From positions 866,064 to 930,063 of the forward strand of contig OY970074.1 in assembly GCA_963705365.1 (NCBI GenBank): a stretch of DNA of 64,000 bases, given 5' to 3'. This document shows, piece by piece, positions 53,787 through 62,690 of the stretch. The translations under genes were made by a program, and so were the position numbers. The DNA comes from an uncultured Solirubrobacterales bacterium. GTDB taxonomy: Bacteria > Actinomycetota > Thermoleophilia > Solirubrobacterales > 70-9. The notes under the pieces are model-generated. The model saw only the letters and a list, made by a program, of their open reading frames with translations. It had not been told where the DNA came from and made no database searches. Each line of letters opens with the position of its first letter. Within the stretch, counting starts at the first letter, position 1.

Positions 53787-55655
53787 GTGTACCTGCGATC
53801 CAGCGATCGTCCCGGCGCCAGCCCCCGCCTGGCCCTGCGCACCGCGGTCCTCGGCGGCGTCGCCATCGCCCTCTTCGCGGTGCTGTTCATGCGGCTCTGG
53901 GACCTGCAGGTTCTCTCCGGCGAGGAGTACCTGGCCGAGGCCAAGAACAACCGAACCCGCGAGTTCAAAGAGATCGCGCCCCGCGGCGACATCCTCGACC
54001 GCGACGGCAACGTCCTGGTCGACAACCGCACCAGCCTGGCGCTCCAGCTCAATACGCAGAAACTGCCCGAGGATCTGGCTCTGCGGCGGGCTGAGATGGC
54101 GCGCCTCGGGGAGCTCGCCCACATGTCCCTTCCCGAGGTGCGGCGGACGATCCGCAAATCCGAAGAAGTCGCCGCGGGGGCGCCGGTGACGCTGCGCAAG
54201 GACGTCGGCTACGACCTGGTCTACTACCTGGAAGAGAACCAGCGCGAATTTCCCGGGGTCGCCGTGCAGCGCGTCTTCGTGCGGGCCTATCCGGACGGTA
54301 CCCGCGCCGCCCACGTCCTTGGCAGCGTCGGCGAGGTCTCCGGAGAAGAGTTGAAGGAAAAGCGGTACGAGAGACTCGAGCCGGGCGACGAGGTCGGCAA
54401 GGGGGGCGTCGAGTACACCTACGATCGCTACCTGCGCGGCGAGCCGGGGCTGACCAAGATCCAGGTCAACGCACTCGGGCAGCCGACGCCGGGCGGCCAG
54501 CTCGTCTCCCAGCCGCCCACCCCCGGCGACAACTTGAAGCTGACGATCGACCCCGACGTGCAGGCGGCCGGCGAAAGCGGCCTCGCCTTCCATGGGCTGC
54601 CCGGCGCCTTCCTGACGATGGACGTCCGCAGCGGACAGATCCTCGGCATGGGCTCGTTCCCGACCTTCGACCCCGCCGTCTTCACCCGGCCGATGACCCA
54701 GAGCCAGGTCAACCAGCTCTACCGCGACCCGGTGCTGGCGCCGTTGACCAACCGCGCTACCGAAAGCTATTACCCGACCGGATCGACCTTCAAGGTGATC
54801 ACCGCTCTGGCCGCCCTCGAAGGCGGCGAGGTGACGCTGACGGAGCCGATCTACGACAACGGCTCGATCACCGTCGGCGGTCAGGAGTTCCAGAACGCGG
54901 GCGGTGTCGCATTGGGGACGGTCGACATGGTTTCCGCCCTGCAGAAGTCCTCGGACGTCTACTTCTACACGCTCGGGCTGAGGATGTGGGAGACCAACCA
55001 GCTGCAGCAGTGGGCCGGCAAGCTGGGGATCGGCAAGGAGTCCAACCTCGATCTCCCAGGCGAGACCGAAGGGCTGGTCCCGAGCAAACAGTGGCGCGAC
55101 CAGCTCTTCGAAGATGAAGAAACCGACCGCCCCTGGTCGGCAGGCGACAACATCCAGCTCGCGATCGGCCAGGGCGACCTGCAGACCAACCCGCTGCAGC
55201 TGGCGATCGCCTACGCGGCGCTGGCCAACGACGGCACGATCGTCACCCCCCACGTGGGGATGGAAGTCGAGGATGCCGCCGGCCGGGTGCTGAGGGAATT
55301 CGACCCGAAGCCGCGCCGCAGGGTCGAGATCGACCCTGCCTACCGGGCCGCGGTGCTCGAGGGCCTGCACCAGGCGGCCCAGGTTCCCGGCGGCACCTCC
55401 TACGGTGTCTTCGGCGGCTTCCCGGTCGACGTCGCGGGCAAGACGGGGACGGTGGAACGGCTCGGCCATGGCGACCAGTCCTGGTACGCCGTCGTGGCCC
55501 CGTACCCGGACCCGCGTATCGTCACGATCGTGACCGTCGAGGAAGGCGGCTTCGGCGCCGACACCGCCGCCCCCGTCGCGCTCGACATCCTCGAGGCCTA
55601 CTTCCACAAGCGGGCGACCGAAATCAGTGCCGCCAACGGGGGAAGCCCGGGCTGA
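53787..55655 (+). CDS. mrdA: penicillin-binding protein 2 (elongasome transpeptidase)
   Basis: 622 aa with active-site motifs STFK and KTGT, located between mreD and rodA. Confidence 0.9.
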   Translation: MYLRSSDRPGASPRLALRTAVLGGVAIALFAVLFMRLWDLQVLSGEEYLAEAKNNRTREFKEIAPRGDILDRDGNVLVDNRTSLALQLNTQKLPEDLALRRAEMARLGELAHMSLPEVRRTIRKSEEVAAGAPVTLRKDVGYDLVYYLEENQREFPGVAVQRVFVRAYPDGTRAAHVLGSVGEVSGEELKEKRYERLEPGDEVGKGGVEYTYDRYLRGEPGLTKIQVNALGQPTPGGQLVSQPPTPGDNLKLTIDPDVQAAGESGLAFHGLPGAFLTMDVRSGQILGMGSFPTFDPAVFTRPMTQSQVNQLYRDPVLAPLTNRATESYYPTGSTFKVITALAALEGGEVTLTEPIYDNGSITVGGQEFQNAGGVALGTVDMVSALQKSSDVYFYTLGLRMWETNQLQQWAGKLGIGKESNLDLPGETEGLVPSKQWRDQLFEDEETDRPWSAGDNIQLAIGQGDLQTNPLQLAIAYAALANDGTIVTPHVGMEVEDAAGRVLREFDPKPRRRVEIDPAYRAAVLEGLHQAAQVPGGTSYGVFGGFPVDVAGKTGTVERLGHGDQSWYAVVAPYPDPRIVTIVTVEEGGFGADTAAPVALDILEAYFHKRATEISAANGGSPG

Positions 55656-56851
55656 TGTACGCGACCCGCGCCAGACGCGCCCGCCCCGAGCCGTTCGCCG
55701 TTCGGGTCGGCATAGCGGAGCGCCTCGGCCTCGCCCACATGGACTGGCCGCTGACGATCGCGACGGTGGCGCTTGCCGCGTTCAGCGTCTTCACCCTCGG
55801 CCAGGCGACCCTCAACGACGTCCCCGGCAGCCCCCGCTACTTCGTCGACCGCCAGGCGATCTACTGCGTACTCGGGCTGATCGGGATGCTGCTGCTGACC
55901 CGGATCGACTACTCGCGCTTTCGCGAGCTCCGGGTCGGCATCTACACCTTCCTCTGCGCCAGCGTCGCGCTCGTCTTCGTCTTCGGCTTCGCTGCCCGCG
56001 GCTCGCGGCGCGCCTTCGAATTCCCGTTCTTCAGCTTCCAGCCGTCCGAGCTCGGCAAGCTCCTGCTCGTCCTGGCGCTCGCCGGGTTCGTCATCGACGG
56101 CGCCAGGCGCGGCTCGGAGAAGCAGCGAACGGTGCGCTATCTGTGCCTCGGCCTCGCCCCGGCGGCGCTCGTTTTCCTGCAGCCGGACCTCGGCACCTCG
56201 CTCGTATTCGTGGTCGCCACCCTCGCCGTGATGTACTTCGGGGGTGTTCCCTGGACCCACTTCGCCTTCATCGGCTCAACCCTCGCTGTCTTGACCGCGC
56301 TCGTTCTCGTCGCGGCCCCCACCGTTGGGGCCCCGATTCTCAAGGGCTATCAGGAGGAAAGGCTTACCTCCTTCCTGAACCCGGACGAGCATGCGAGCGG
56401 CGCGGGTTACCAGCAGAACCAGTCCGTGGTCGCCATCGGTTCCGGTCAGGAGACCGGCCGCGGCGACCGTGCCACCCAGACGCGGCTCGACTTCGTTCCC
56501 GAGCGGCACACCGACTTCATCTTCGCGGTGATCGGTGAGCGCTACGGGTTCATGGGCGCCGCGTTCGTCCTATCCCTTTACGCCCTGCTCTTCTGGCGGG
56601 CGCTGAAGATAGTGACGCTCTCGAAGAACTCCTACGGAACCCTGGTCGCGGGCGGCATTGCCGTCTCGCTGCTGTTCCAGGTCTTCGTCAACGTGGGGAT
56701 GAACCTCGGCATCATGCCGATCACGGGCATCCCCTTACCGCTGATGAGCTATGGAGGCTCGTCGGTGCTCGCCACTTTCCTGGCGATCGGAGTGCTTCAG
56801 AGCATCAACATCCAAGCGCATCTCGCTCAGAAGGGAAGGTTCGCCTGGTGA
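55655..56851 (+). CDS. rodA: rod shape-determining protein RodA (SEDS family)
   Basis: 398 aa, FtsW/RodA/SpoVE family, polytopic. Includes PLPLMSYGGSS. Confidence 0.9.
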   Translation: MYATRARRARPEPFAVRVGIAERLGLAHMDWPLTIATVALAAFSVFTLGQATLNDVPGSPRYFVDRQAIYCVLGLIGMLLLTRIDYSRFRELRVGIYTFLCASVALVFVFGFAARGSRRAFEFPFFSFQPSELGKLLLVLALAGFVIDGARRGSEKQRTVRYLCLGLAPAALVFLQPDLGTSLVFVVATLAVMYFGGVPWTHFAFIGSTLAVLTALVLVAAPTVGAPILKGYQEERLTSFLNPDEHASGAGYQQNQSVVAIGSGQETGRGDRATQTRLDFVPERHTDFIFAVIGERYGFMGAAFVLSLYALLFWRALKIVTLSKNSYGTLVAGGIAVSLLFQVFVNVGMNLGIMPITGIPLPLMSYGGSSVLATFLAIGVLQSINIQAHLAQKGRFAW

Positions 56852-56909
56852 GGCCTTGAAAGAGGGCCCCCCCGGCCTGCGTACCTATCCGAACTGAGCT
56901 GAACAACAA

Positions 56910-58760
56910 ATGAAGAAAACCATTCTGGTCTCCGCCGAGCGCGGAGAGACCCGCGTGGCCGTCCTCGAGTCAAAGCAGAAAGGCGGCAAGCGCGACGTCG
57001 CGGAGCTCTACATCGAGCGCCGCGGCCGGCGGTCCATCGTCGGCAACATCTACAAGGGCAAGGTCGACAACGTCCTGCCCGGAATGGAGGCCGCCTTCGT
57101 CGACATCGGCCTCGAGCGCAACGGCTTCCTGCACGTCGACGAGATCGTCCTTCCTGGTGGCGAGCAGGCTCCCCGCCGCGGCCGCGGCAGCGGCCGCCGC
57201 ATCAACGAGCTGATCAAACCCGGGCAGGAGATCCTCGTCCAGGTCGTCAAGGACCCGCTGAAGTCGAAGGGCGCGCGGCTCTCGATGAACGTCTCGATCG
57301 CCGGCCGCTATCTCGTCTTCGCGCCCCAGGGCAGCGGCGTCGGCGTCAGCCGCCGGCTCTCGGACTCCGAGCGCGACCGCCTGCGCAAGATGGTCGACCG
57401 CACCTATAAGGGTCCGGGCGGGCTGATCGTCCGCACCGCCGCCCACGGGGCGAAAAAATCTGACTTCGTGCGCGAGATCGGCTACCTGCAGAAGCTCAGC
57501 GAGGTGCTGCAACGGCGATCGGAGGGCACCAAGGCGCCGGCGATGGTCTTCCAGGAGGCGGACCTCTCGGTGCGGGTCCTGCGCGACGTCTTCCTCAGCG
57601 AGTTCGAGAAGGCGATCATCGACTCCGAGAAGCAGTTCGAGCGGGTCACCAACTTCTTCCAGCGCACTGCGCCGGAGCTGGTTGCCGGCGTTGAGCTCTA
57701 TAAAGGGGAGAAACAGTCCCTGTTCGAGAAATGGAAGATCGACGAGGAGATCGAGTCGACCCTGAACCGCCGCGTCGACCTGCCCTCCGGCGGCTACCTG
57801 ATCATCGACTACACCGAGGCGCTGACGGTGATCGACGTCAACAGCGGATCGTTTACGGGCCGCGGCAAAGGCGGCCTCGAGGAGACGATCACCAAAGTCA
57901 ACACCGAGGCGGCCGAGGAGGCGGTGCGGCAGCTGCGCCTGCGTGACATCGGCGGCATCATCGTCATCGACTTCATCGACATGGCTCGGGCCAGCAATCG
58001 CGACAAGGTCCTGAAGGTGATGCGCAAAGCGCTCGACGCCGACAAGTCAAAGAGCTACGTGGTCGAGGTCTCGCCGCTCGGTCTGGTCGAGATGACCCGC
58101 CAGAATGTGACCGACGGGGTCCGCGAGATCCTCACCGCGCCCTGCCCGACCTGCCACGGCGAGGGCGTCGTGCTCTCGGCCGAGACGGTGGCACTCGAGG
58201 GCCTGCGCAAGATGCGCGAAATCGCCGCCGAGCACGGCGAGGACGAGGCCTTCCTGATCCGCGTCAACGCCAAGGTGGCCCACGAGCTGACCGACGCCGA
58301 CAGCGGCCTCACCGAGCTCGAGGCCGAGACCGGCAAGCGCTTCCACTTCGAGGGCGGCGACGCGCTGGCGATCGACACCTTCAAACTGGTCGAGCAGGGG
58401 ACCCGCGCCGAGATAGAGGAGCGGGCGCTGCCGTTCAAGGTCGGCGAGGAGGTGCTGGTCCAGATCGATGAGCCGCACATGTACAACGCCGACGACGCCG
58501 TCGCCCGGATCGACTCCTACATCGTCAGCGTCACCGGCGGCGGCCGCTTCGTCGGCCAGCGTCGACTGGTGCGGATCGAGGAGGTCGAGCGCTCGGCGGC
58601 GATTGCCTCGCTGCTGGGCTCCGATTCCCCCAACGGTTCCGGAGGCGGCGAGGAAAACGGCTCCGAGCTAGAATCCGGCGCTCCTTCGCGTAAACGCAGT
58701 CGCGGCCGCAGGGGCGGTCGGGGGCGTTCGCGCGCCAAACAAGGCAGCAAGGAAGACTGA
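56910..58760 (+). CDS. Rne/Rng family ribonuclease (RNase E/G)
   Basis: 616 aa. The S1 domain is GNIYKGKVDNVLPGMEAAFVDIG, with a catalytic core DFIDM and an Arg/Lys-rich tail. Confidence 0.9.
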   Translation: MKKTILVSAERGETRVAVLESKQKGGKRDVAELYIERRGRRSIVGNIYKGKVDNVLPGMEAAFVDIGLERNGFLHVDEIVLPGGEQAPRRGRGSGRRINELIKPGQEILVQVVKDPLKSKGARLSMNVSIAGRYLVFAPQGSGVGVSRRLSDSERDRLRKMVDRTYKGPGGLIVRTAAHGAKKSDFVREIGYLQKLSEVLQRRSEGTKAPAMVFQEADLSVRVLRDVFLSEFEKAIIDSEKQFERVTNFFQRTAPELVAGVELYKGEKQSLFEKWKIDEEIESTLNRRVDLPSGGYLIIDYTEALTVIDVNSGSFTGRGKGGLEETITKVNTEAAEEAVRQLRLRDIGGIIVIDFIDMARASNRDKVLKVMRKALDADKSKSYVVEVSPLGLVEMTRQNVTDGVREILTAPCPTCHGEGVVLSAETVALEGLRKMREIAAEHGEDEAFLIRVNAKVAHELTDADSGLTELEAETGKRFHFEGGDALAIDTFKLVEQGTRAEIEERALPFKVGEEVLVQIDEPHMYNADDAVARIDSYIVSVTGGGRFVGQRRLVRIEEVERSAAIASLLGSDSPNGSGGGEENGSELESGAPSRKRSRGRRGGRGRSRAKQGSKED

Positions 58761-58766
58761 TCGCAT

Positions 58767-59160
58767 ATGTATGCAGTGGTTGAAACCGGCGGCAAGCAGT
58801 ACAAGGTCGAGCAGGGCACCTCTCTGCTCGTCGATCGGCTCGACGCCAAAGAGGGCGACAAAGTCGCCCTGCGCGCGGTGATGTTCCGCGACGACGACGT
58901 GGTCGCGGCGCCCAAAGAGCTGGAGAAGGTGAAGATCGAGGCGAAAGTCGCCGAGCACCTGCGCGGGCCGAAGATCAAAGTTTTCAAATACAAGGCCAAG
59001 AAGGGCTACCGCCGCCGCGCCGGCCACCGTTCAGAGCTCGACGAAACTCGAAGTGACCAGCCTGAAAATGGGCAAATCGGCGGCAAAAAAAGCAGCGCCG
59101 AAAAAAGAGACTGCCGAGAAAAAATCCGCTGCGAAGAAGGAGGGCACCGATGGCTCATAA
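58767..59160 (+). pseudogene. rplU: 50S ribosomal protein L21, frame interrupted as sequenced by an apparent 1-nt insertion at 59039-59040 (probably intact in vivo)
   Basis: MYAVVETGGKQYKV...GHRSEL reads in the frame of 58767. The canonical continuation [39 protein letters not shown] lies in the +1 frame and ends at TAA 59158-59160. The 217-aa track ORF instead reads through rpmA out of frame. Confidence 0.85.
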
Positions 59161-59404
59161 GAAAGGACTCGGGTCCAGCCGCAACGGACGGGAATCGAAC
59201 CCGAACATGCTCGGCGTCAAGGTTTTCGCCGGCCAGCAGGTCAGCGGCGGCGAGATCATCGTGCGCCAGCGCGGCACCCGCTTCTGGCCCGGCGACGGCA
59301 CCGGAATTGGCAGGGACCATACGATCTTCGCCACCCGCGCGGGGACCGTCGATTTCAAGCCGGCCCGCAAGGGCCGAACCATCTACGTCCTCCAGGACGA
59401 CTAG
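59150..59404 (+). CDS. rpmA: 50S ribosomal protein L27
   Basis: 84 aa. [24 protein letters not shown].... Confidence 0.95.
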   Translation: MAHKKGLGSSRNGRESNPNMLGVKVFAGQQVSGGEIIVRQRGTRFWPGDGTGIGRDHTIFATRAGTVDFKPARKGRTIYVLQDD

Positions 59405-59416
59405 GGAAGGAATTCG

Positions 59417-61012
59417 ATGAATCTCGTCTCTGAACGCGGAGATCGGCGGCGCCTTGTTGCCCTGGCCTTTGCGGCGCTGGCCCTTGCCTGCATCGCGCTA
59501 CTTGCGATCGCCGGGCGTGCACAGGCCGCCGAAACCATCTACTGGGACAACTACTCGGCGGAACCCGAGTCCATCGCCTTCGCCGATATCACCGGCAGCG
59601 GCGGTGGCGCGCTGAACACCGCTGGCGCGGTGATAGAGGGTCCCGAAGGAATGGCCTTCGACTCGGCGACGGGCCGACTCTTCGTGGCAAGCAGTGAAGG
59701 CGGTCCCGGAGGCAAAGGCGAGATCGTCTTCGTCAACGTCGATGGCAGCGGTGCCAGCATCCTGCCCACGCCGGGAGCCGAAGTTAACGAACCGTACGGT
59801 GTTGCAATCGACCCGACGACCAGAATCATCTACTGGGCCAACAGCGGCGGTGGCGTTGGAGACAAAGGGTCGATCGGCTTCGCCAGGCTCGACGGCAGCG
59901 GCGGAGGCCTTCTCAACACGACCGGTGTCGCGGTTGAAAACCCCTACAAGCTTGCAGTCGACCCGGTCACTGGGCGGGTGTTTTGGGGTAACACCGACGG
60001 CGTCACGGATTCCATCGCTTTCGCGAATCTCAACAACACCGGGGGCGGGGGCATTCTTCCTTTGACCGGTGCCACCCCTCCGACCAGCATCTACGCGATT
60101 GCCGTCGATTCCGCGGCTGGCCGGGTCTACTGGCTTGACAGCGGCAAAAAACGTCTCTCGTTCGCGAGCGTCAACGGTGGCGGCGGCGCGGATATCGATC
60201 TCACCGCGGCGCTCATCAACAATGCGTACGGACTGGCGATCGATCCTCTGCTCGGGAGGATCTACTGGGCGAATTTCAGCAACGGTGAAACCCGAACGAA
60301 TGCAATCGGCTTCACCGGTTTGAACGGCGGATCCTTCGGCGGCATCAGTCCTGCGACGGCTCCCGTGAACGGTCCGCAGGACCCGGTCGTCCTCAAAAGC
60401 CCGAGCGGTGCCGGGGCGCCAACGGTCACGAAGTCCACGACCACGCGCTCGTCGCTGACCTGCTCACAGGGCAGCTGGGGAGCCGATTTCGCCGGCTCGT
60501 TTGTCTACCAGGCGCCGCGTACGTTCGCCTACCAGTGGACGAACAACGGCGCGCCCATTCCCGGTGCGACCGCGCCCGCACTGGAAGCGACGGCCTCGGG
60601 CAGCTACGCCTGCACCGTCACGGCCAGCAACCAGGCCGGCACCGCCAGTCAGACGAGCGCGCCGGTCGTCATCGCGGCTGCGAAAGTGAAACTGACGACC
60701 AAGAAGAAAGCCCGCGTCCAGCCGGGCGGCGTAGCTACCTTCAAAGTGAAGGCGGTCAACCAGGGCGATCTCGAATCGAAAAACGCCCGGGTCTGCGTAA
60801 AGGTCGCGAACAAGGCGAAAAAAGATCTGAAGGCGAAGCCGAAGTGCAAGCCGCTCGGCAAAGTCATTGGTGGTGGCAAAGACTCGGCCAAACTGAGGAT
60901 CAAGGTCGGCAACGACGCCAGCGGTACCTACAAGGTGACGTTCCAGGTCAAAGGCAGCCCAGGCAAGGCAGCCAAGGCAAAGATCATCGTGGCTGCGCCG
61001 AAAGGGAAGTAG
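59417..61012 (+). CDS. secreted six-bladed YWTD-type beta-propeller protein with C-terminal Ig-like and Lys-rich domains
   Basis: 531 aa with signal peptide ...ALLAIAGRAQA. Six repeats carry the (I/V)(Y/F)W.N ... (I/L).F..(L/V).G(S/G)GG pattern, followed by an Ig-like module (SLTCSQGSW...YACTVTASNQAG). Confidence 0.75.
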   Translation: MNLVSERGDRRRLVALAFAALALACIALLAIAGRAQAAETIYWDNYSAEPESIAFADITGSGGGALNTAGAVIEGPEGMAFDSATGRLFVASSEGGPGGKGEIVFVNVDGSGASILPTPGAEVNEPYGVAIDPTTRIIYWANSGGGVGDKGSIGFARLDGSGGGLLNTTGVAVENPYKLAVDPVTGRVFWGNTDGVTDSIAFANLNNTGGGGILPLTGATPPTSIYAIAVDSAAGRVYWLDSGKKRLSFASVNGGGGADIDLTAALINNAYGLAIDPLLGRIYWANFSNGETRTNAIGFTGLNGGSFGGISPATAPVNGPQDPVVLKSPSGAGAPTVTKSTTTRSSLTCSQGSWGADFAGSFVYQAPRTFAYQWTNNGAPIPGATAPALEATASGSYACTVTASNQAGTASQTSAPVVIAAAKVKLTTKKKARVQPGGVATFKVKAVNQGDLESKNARVCVKVANKAKKDLKAKPKCKPLGKVIGGGKDSAKLRIKVGNDASGTYKVTFQVKGSPGKAAKAKIIVAAPKGK

Positions 61013-61030
61013 CGCGATAGGTGTAGCGGT

Positions 61031-61155
61031 GGGAGGGGCCGAGGGGTCCCTCCCATTTCGCTGGGATTTTCGCCGTTAGCGCCGCGTCTCTCGCCGCGAG
61101 CTCCGCTGCGAAAATCAGGGACGCCGCTCATGGGAGGGACCCCTCGGCCCCTCCC
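61031..61155 (-). repeat. family-3 nested-hairpin element, copy G
   Basis: The perfect 25-bp outer stem pairs 61031-61055 with 61131-61155. An inner inverted repeat is gattttcgc...gcgaaaatc. Confidence 0.88.
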
Positions 61156-61246
61156 GGTCAGCTACGGCCTCGCTCGAAGTGGGGGCGTGCGCTTTTTGTC
61201 GCCCAGAGGGCGACAAAGTGCATGAGCGCCATACCCTCTTGATTCG

Positions 61247-62540
61247 ATGTATGACAAGGCGAAGATTTGGGTTGAGGGCGGGGCCGGAGGGAACGGTTCC
61301 GTCTCCTTTCGGCGGGAGGCGCATGTGCCACGTGGGGGGCCCGATGGGGGAGATGGGGGGCATGGCGGCGACGTCGTGCTGGTTTGCGATGCCTCGAAGC
61401 GGGATTTAGGGGCGCTGAAGGGCAGCAGGCACTTCCGGGCCGAACAGGGGCGGCACGGGGAAGGGTCGAACAAGCACGGGGCGCGGGGGGAAGATCTGGT
61501 GATTCCGGTGCCGGCGGGGACCCAGGCGGTGACCGTCGATGGGAGCGCTGTTGACCTTGTCGAGGCGGGTCAGCGGGCTGTCGTCGCTCAGGGTGGGCGA
61601 GGAGGACACGGGAACAAGCGGTTCGCGAACTCGACCCGGCAGGCGCCTCGATTTGCGGAGAAAGGGACTGGTGGCGAGGCCGGCTGGATCGAGCTACGGC
61701 TGAAACTGCTGGCGGACCTGGGGCTGGTCGGGCTCCCGAACGCAGGAAAGTCGTCGCTGCTGGGACGTCTGACGCGGGCGACGCCGAAGATCGCCGACTA
61801 CCCGTTCACGACGCTCTCACCGGTGCTGGGGACGATCGAAAGCGACGACAGGCAGGCCGTTATCGCCGACATCCCAGGGCTGATCGAGGGGGCCGCGGAG
61901 GGCGCCGGCCTCGGGCACGAGTTCCTCGCCCACGTCGAGCGCTGCTCGATGCTGGTCCACCTCGTCGACCTGGCGCCGACCGAGGGGACGCCGGAGGAGA
62001 ACTACGCGATGGTACGCGGTGAGCTGGCCGCTCATGGCGCGGGCCTGGAGCGGTTGCCGGAGCTGGTCGTCCTCTCCAAGCGTGACCTGCTCGAGGCCGC
62101 GGCGGTCGAGGCGGCGCTGGCGGACTGGGAGCAGCGCCTGGGCACGGAGAACCTTGGGGTTCTCTCCGTGTCCTCGGCAACCGGAGAGGGGCTCGACGAC
62201 CTGCGCCGGCGGATCCTCACGGAGCTGCCGGAGTCCTCGCCGGCCCAGACCGATGCGAGCGCGGGTGCAGCCGGCGAATTCGAGTCCGAGCACCGCGTCT
62301 ACCGGCCGGTCGGAGAGGGCGGATACCGGGTCGAGCGCGAGGGGGATGGCGCCTTCCGTGTCCTCGGGCGCGGCGTCGAGTCTGCTGTTCGAGCGCCACG
62401 ACGTGAAAAACGAGGAGGCGCTCGCCTACCTCGAGCAGCGCTTGGGGGAGATCGGCGTGCTCGCCGCCCTCACCCGCGCCGGCTTCGAGCCAGGCGACGA
62501 CGTGCGGATTGGCGAGCATGAGTTCGAGCTGCGTATTTAG
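61247..62540 (+). pseudogene. obgE: GTPase ObgE/CgtA, frame interrupted as sequenced by an apparent 1-nt insertion near 62381 (probably intact in vivo)
   Basis: The Obg fold and G domain (GLPNAGKSS) lie in the frame of 61247. The conserved C-terminal extension LLFERHDVKNEEALAYLEQRLGEIGVLAALTRAGFEPGDDVRIGEHEFELRI lies in the +1 frame (track ORF 62019..62540). Confidence 0.85.
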
Positions 62541-62555
62541 CGATGGCGGTGGTGA

Positions 62556-62672
62556 GCCCGGTCGGGTGTCCCTCCCGCTGCGCTGTCGTTTTCGCTCGGA
62601 AACTCTGTGGCCTCGCGAGGTTCGGGTGGGCGAAAACGTAGCGCCGCTTGCGGGAGGGACACCCGACCGGGC
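62556..62672 (+). repeat. family-3 nested-hairpin element, copy H
   Basis: The perfect 23-bp outer stem pairs 62556-62578 with 62650-62672. An inner inverted repeat is cgttttcgc...gcgaaaacg. Confidence 0.88.
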
Positions 62673-62690
62673 CCGTCGAGCCGGCGCTCT

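Noticed and set aside
53655-55607. 650-aa ORF on the - strand. Similar long antisense ORFs occur at 19210..20583, 24590..25708, 25965..27179, 38775..40679, 44475..46016, 46233..47567, 47695..49269 and 37083..38651.
   Set aside because: All lie opposite genes with strong family signatures (PBP2, ADH, LLM, DUF72, tig, clpX, valS, folC, spermidine-synthase-like). Absence of stops in the antisense frames of high-GC genes is expected.
58767-59420. 217-aa ORF as a genuine extended L21 overlapping rpmA
   Set aside because: The L21 homology stops at GHRSEL and resumes in the +1 frame. The extension has no homology and completely overlaps rpmA. I treat it as a frameshift artefact or pseudogene. Programmed frameshifting was considered but is unlikely, because unrelated genes show the same defect.
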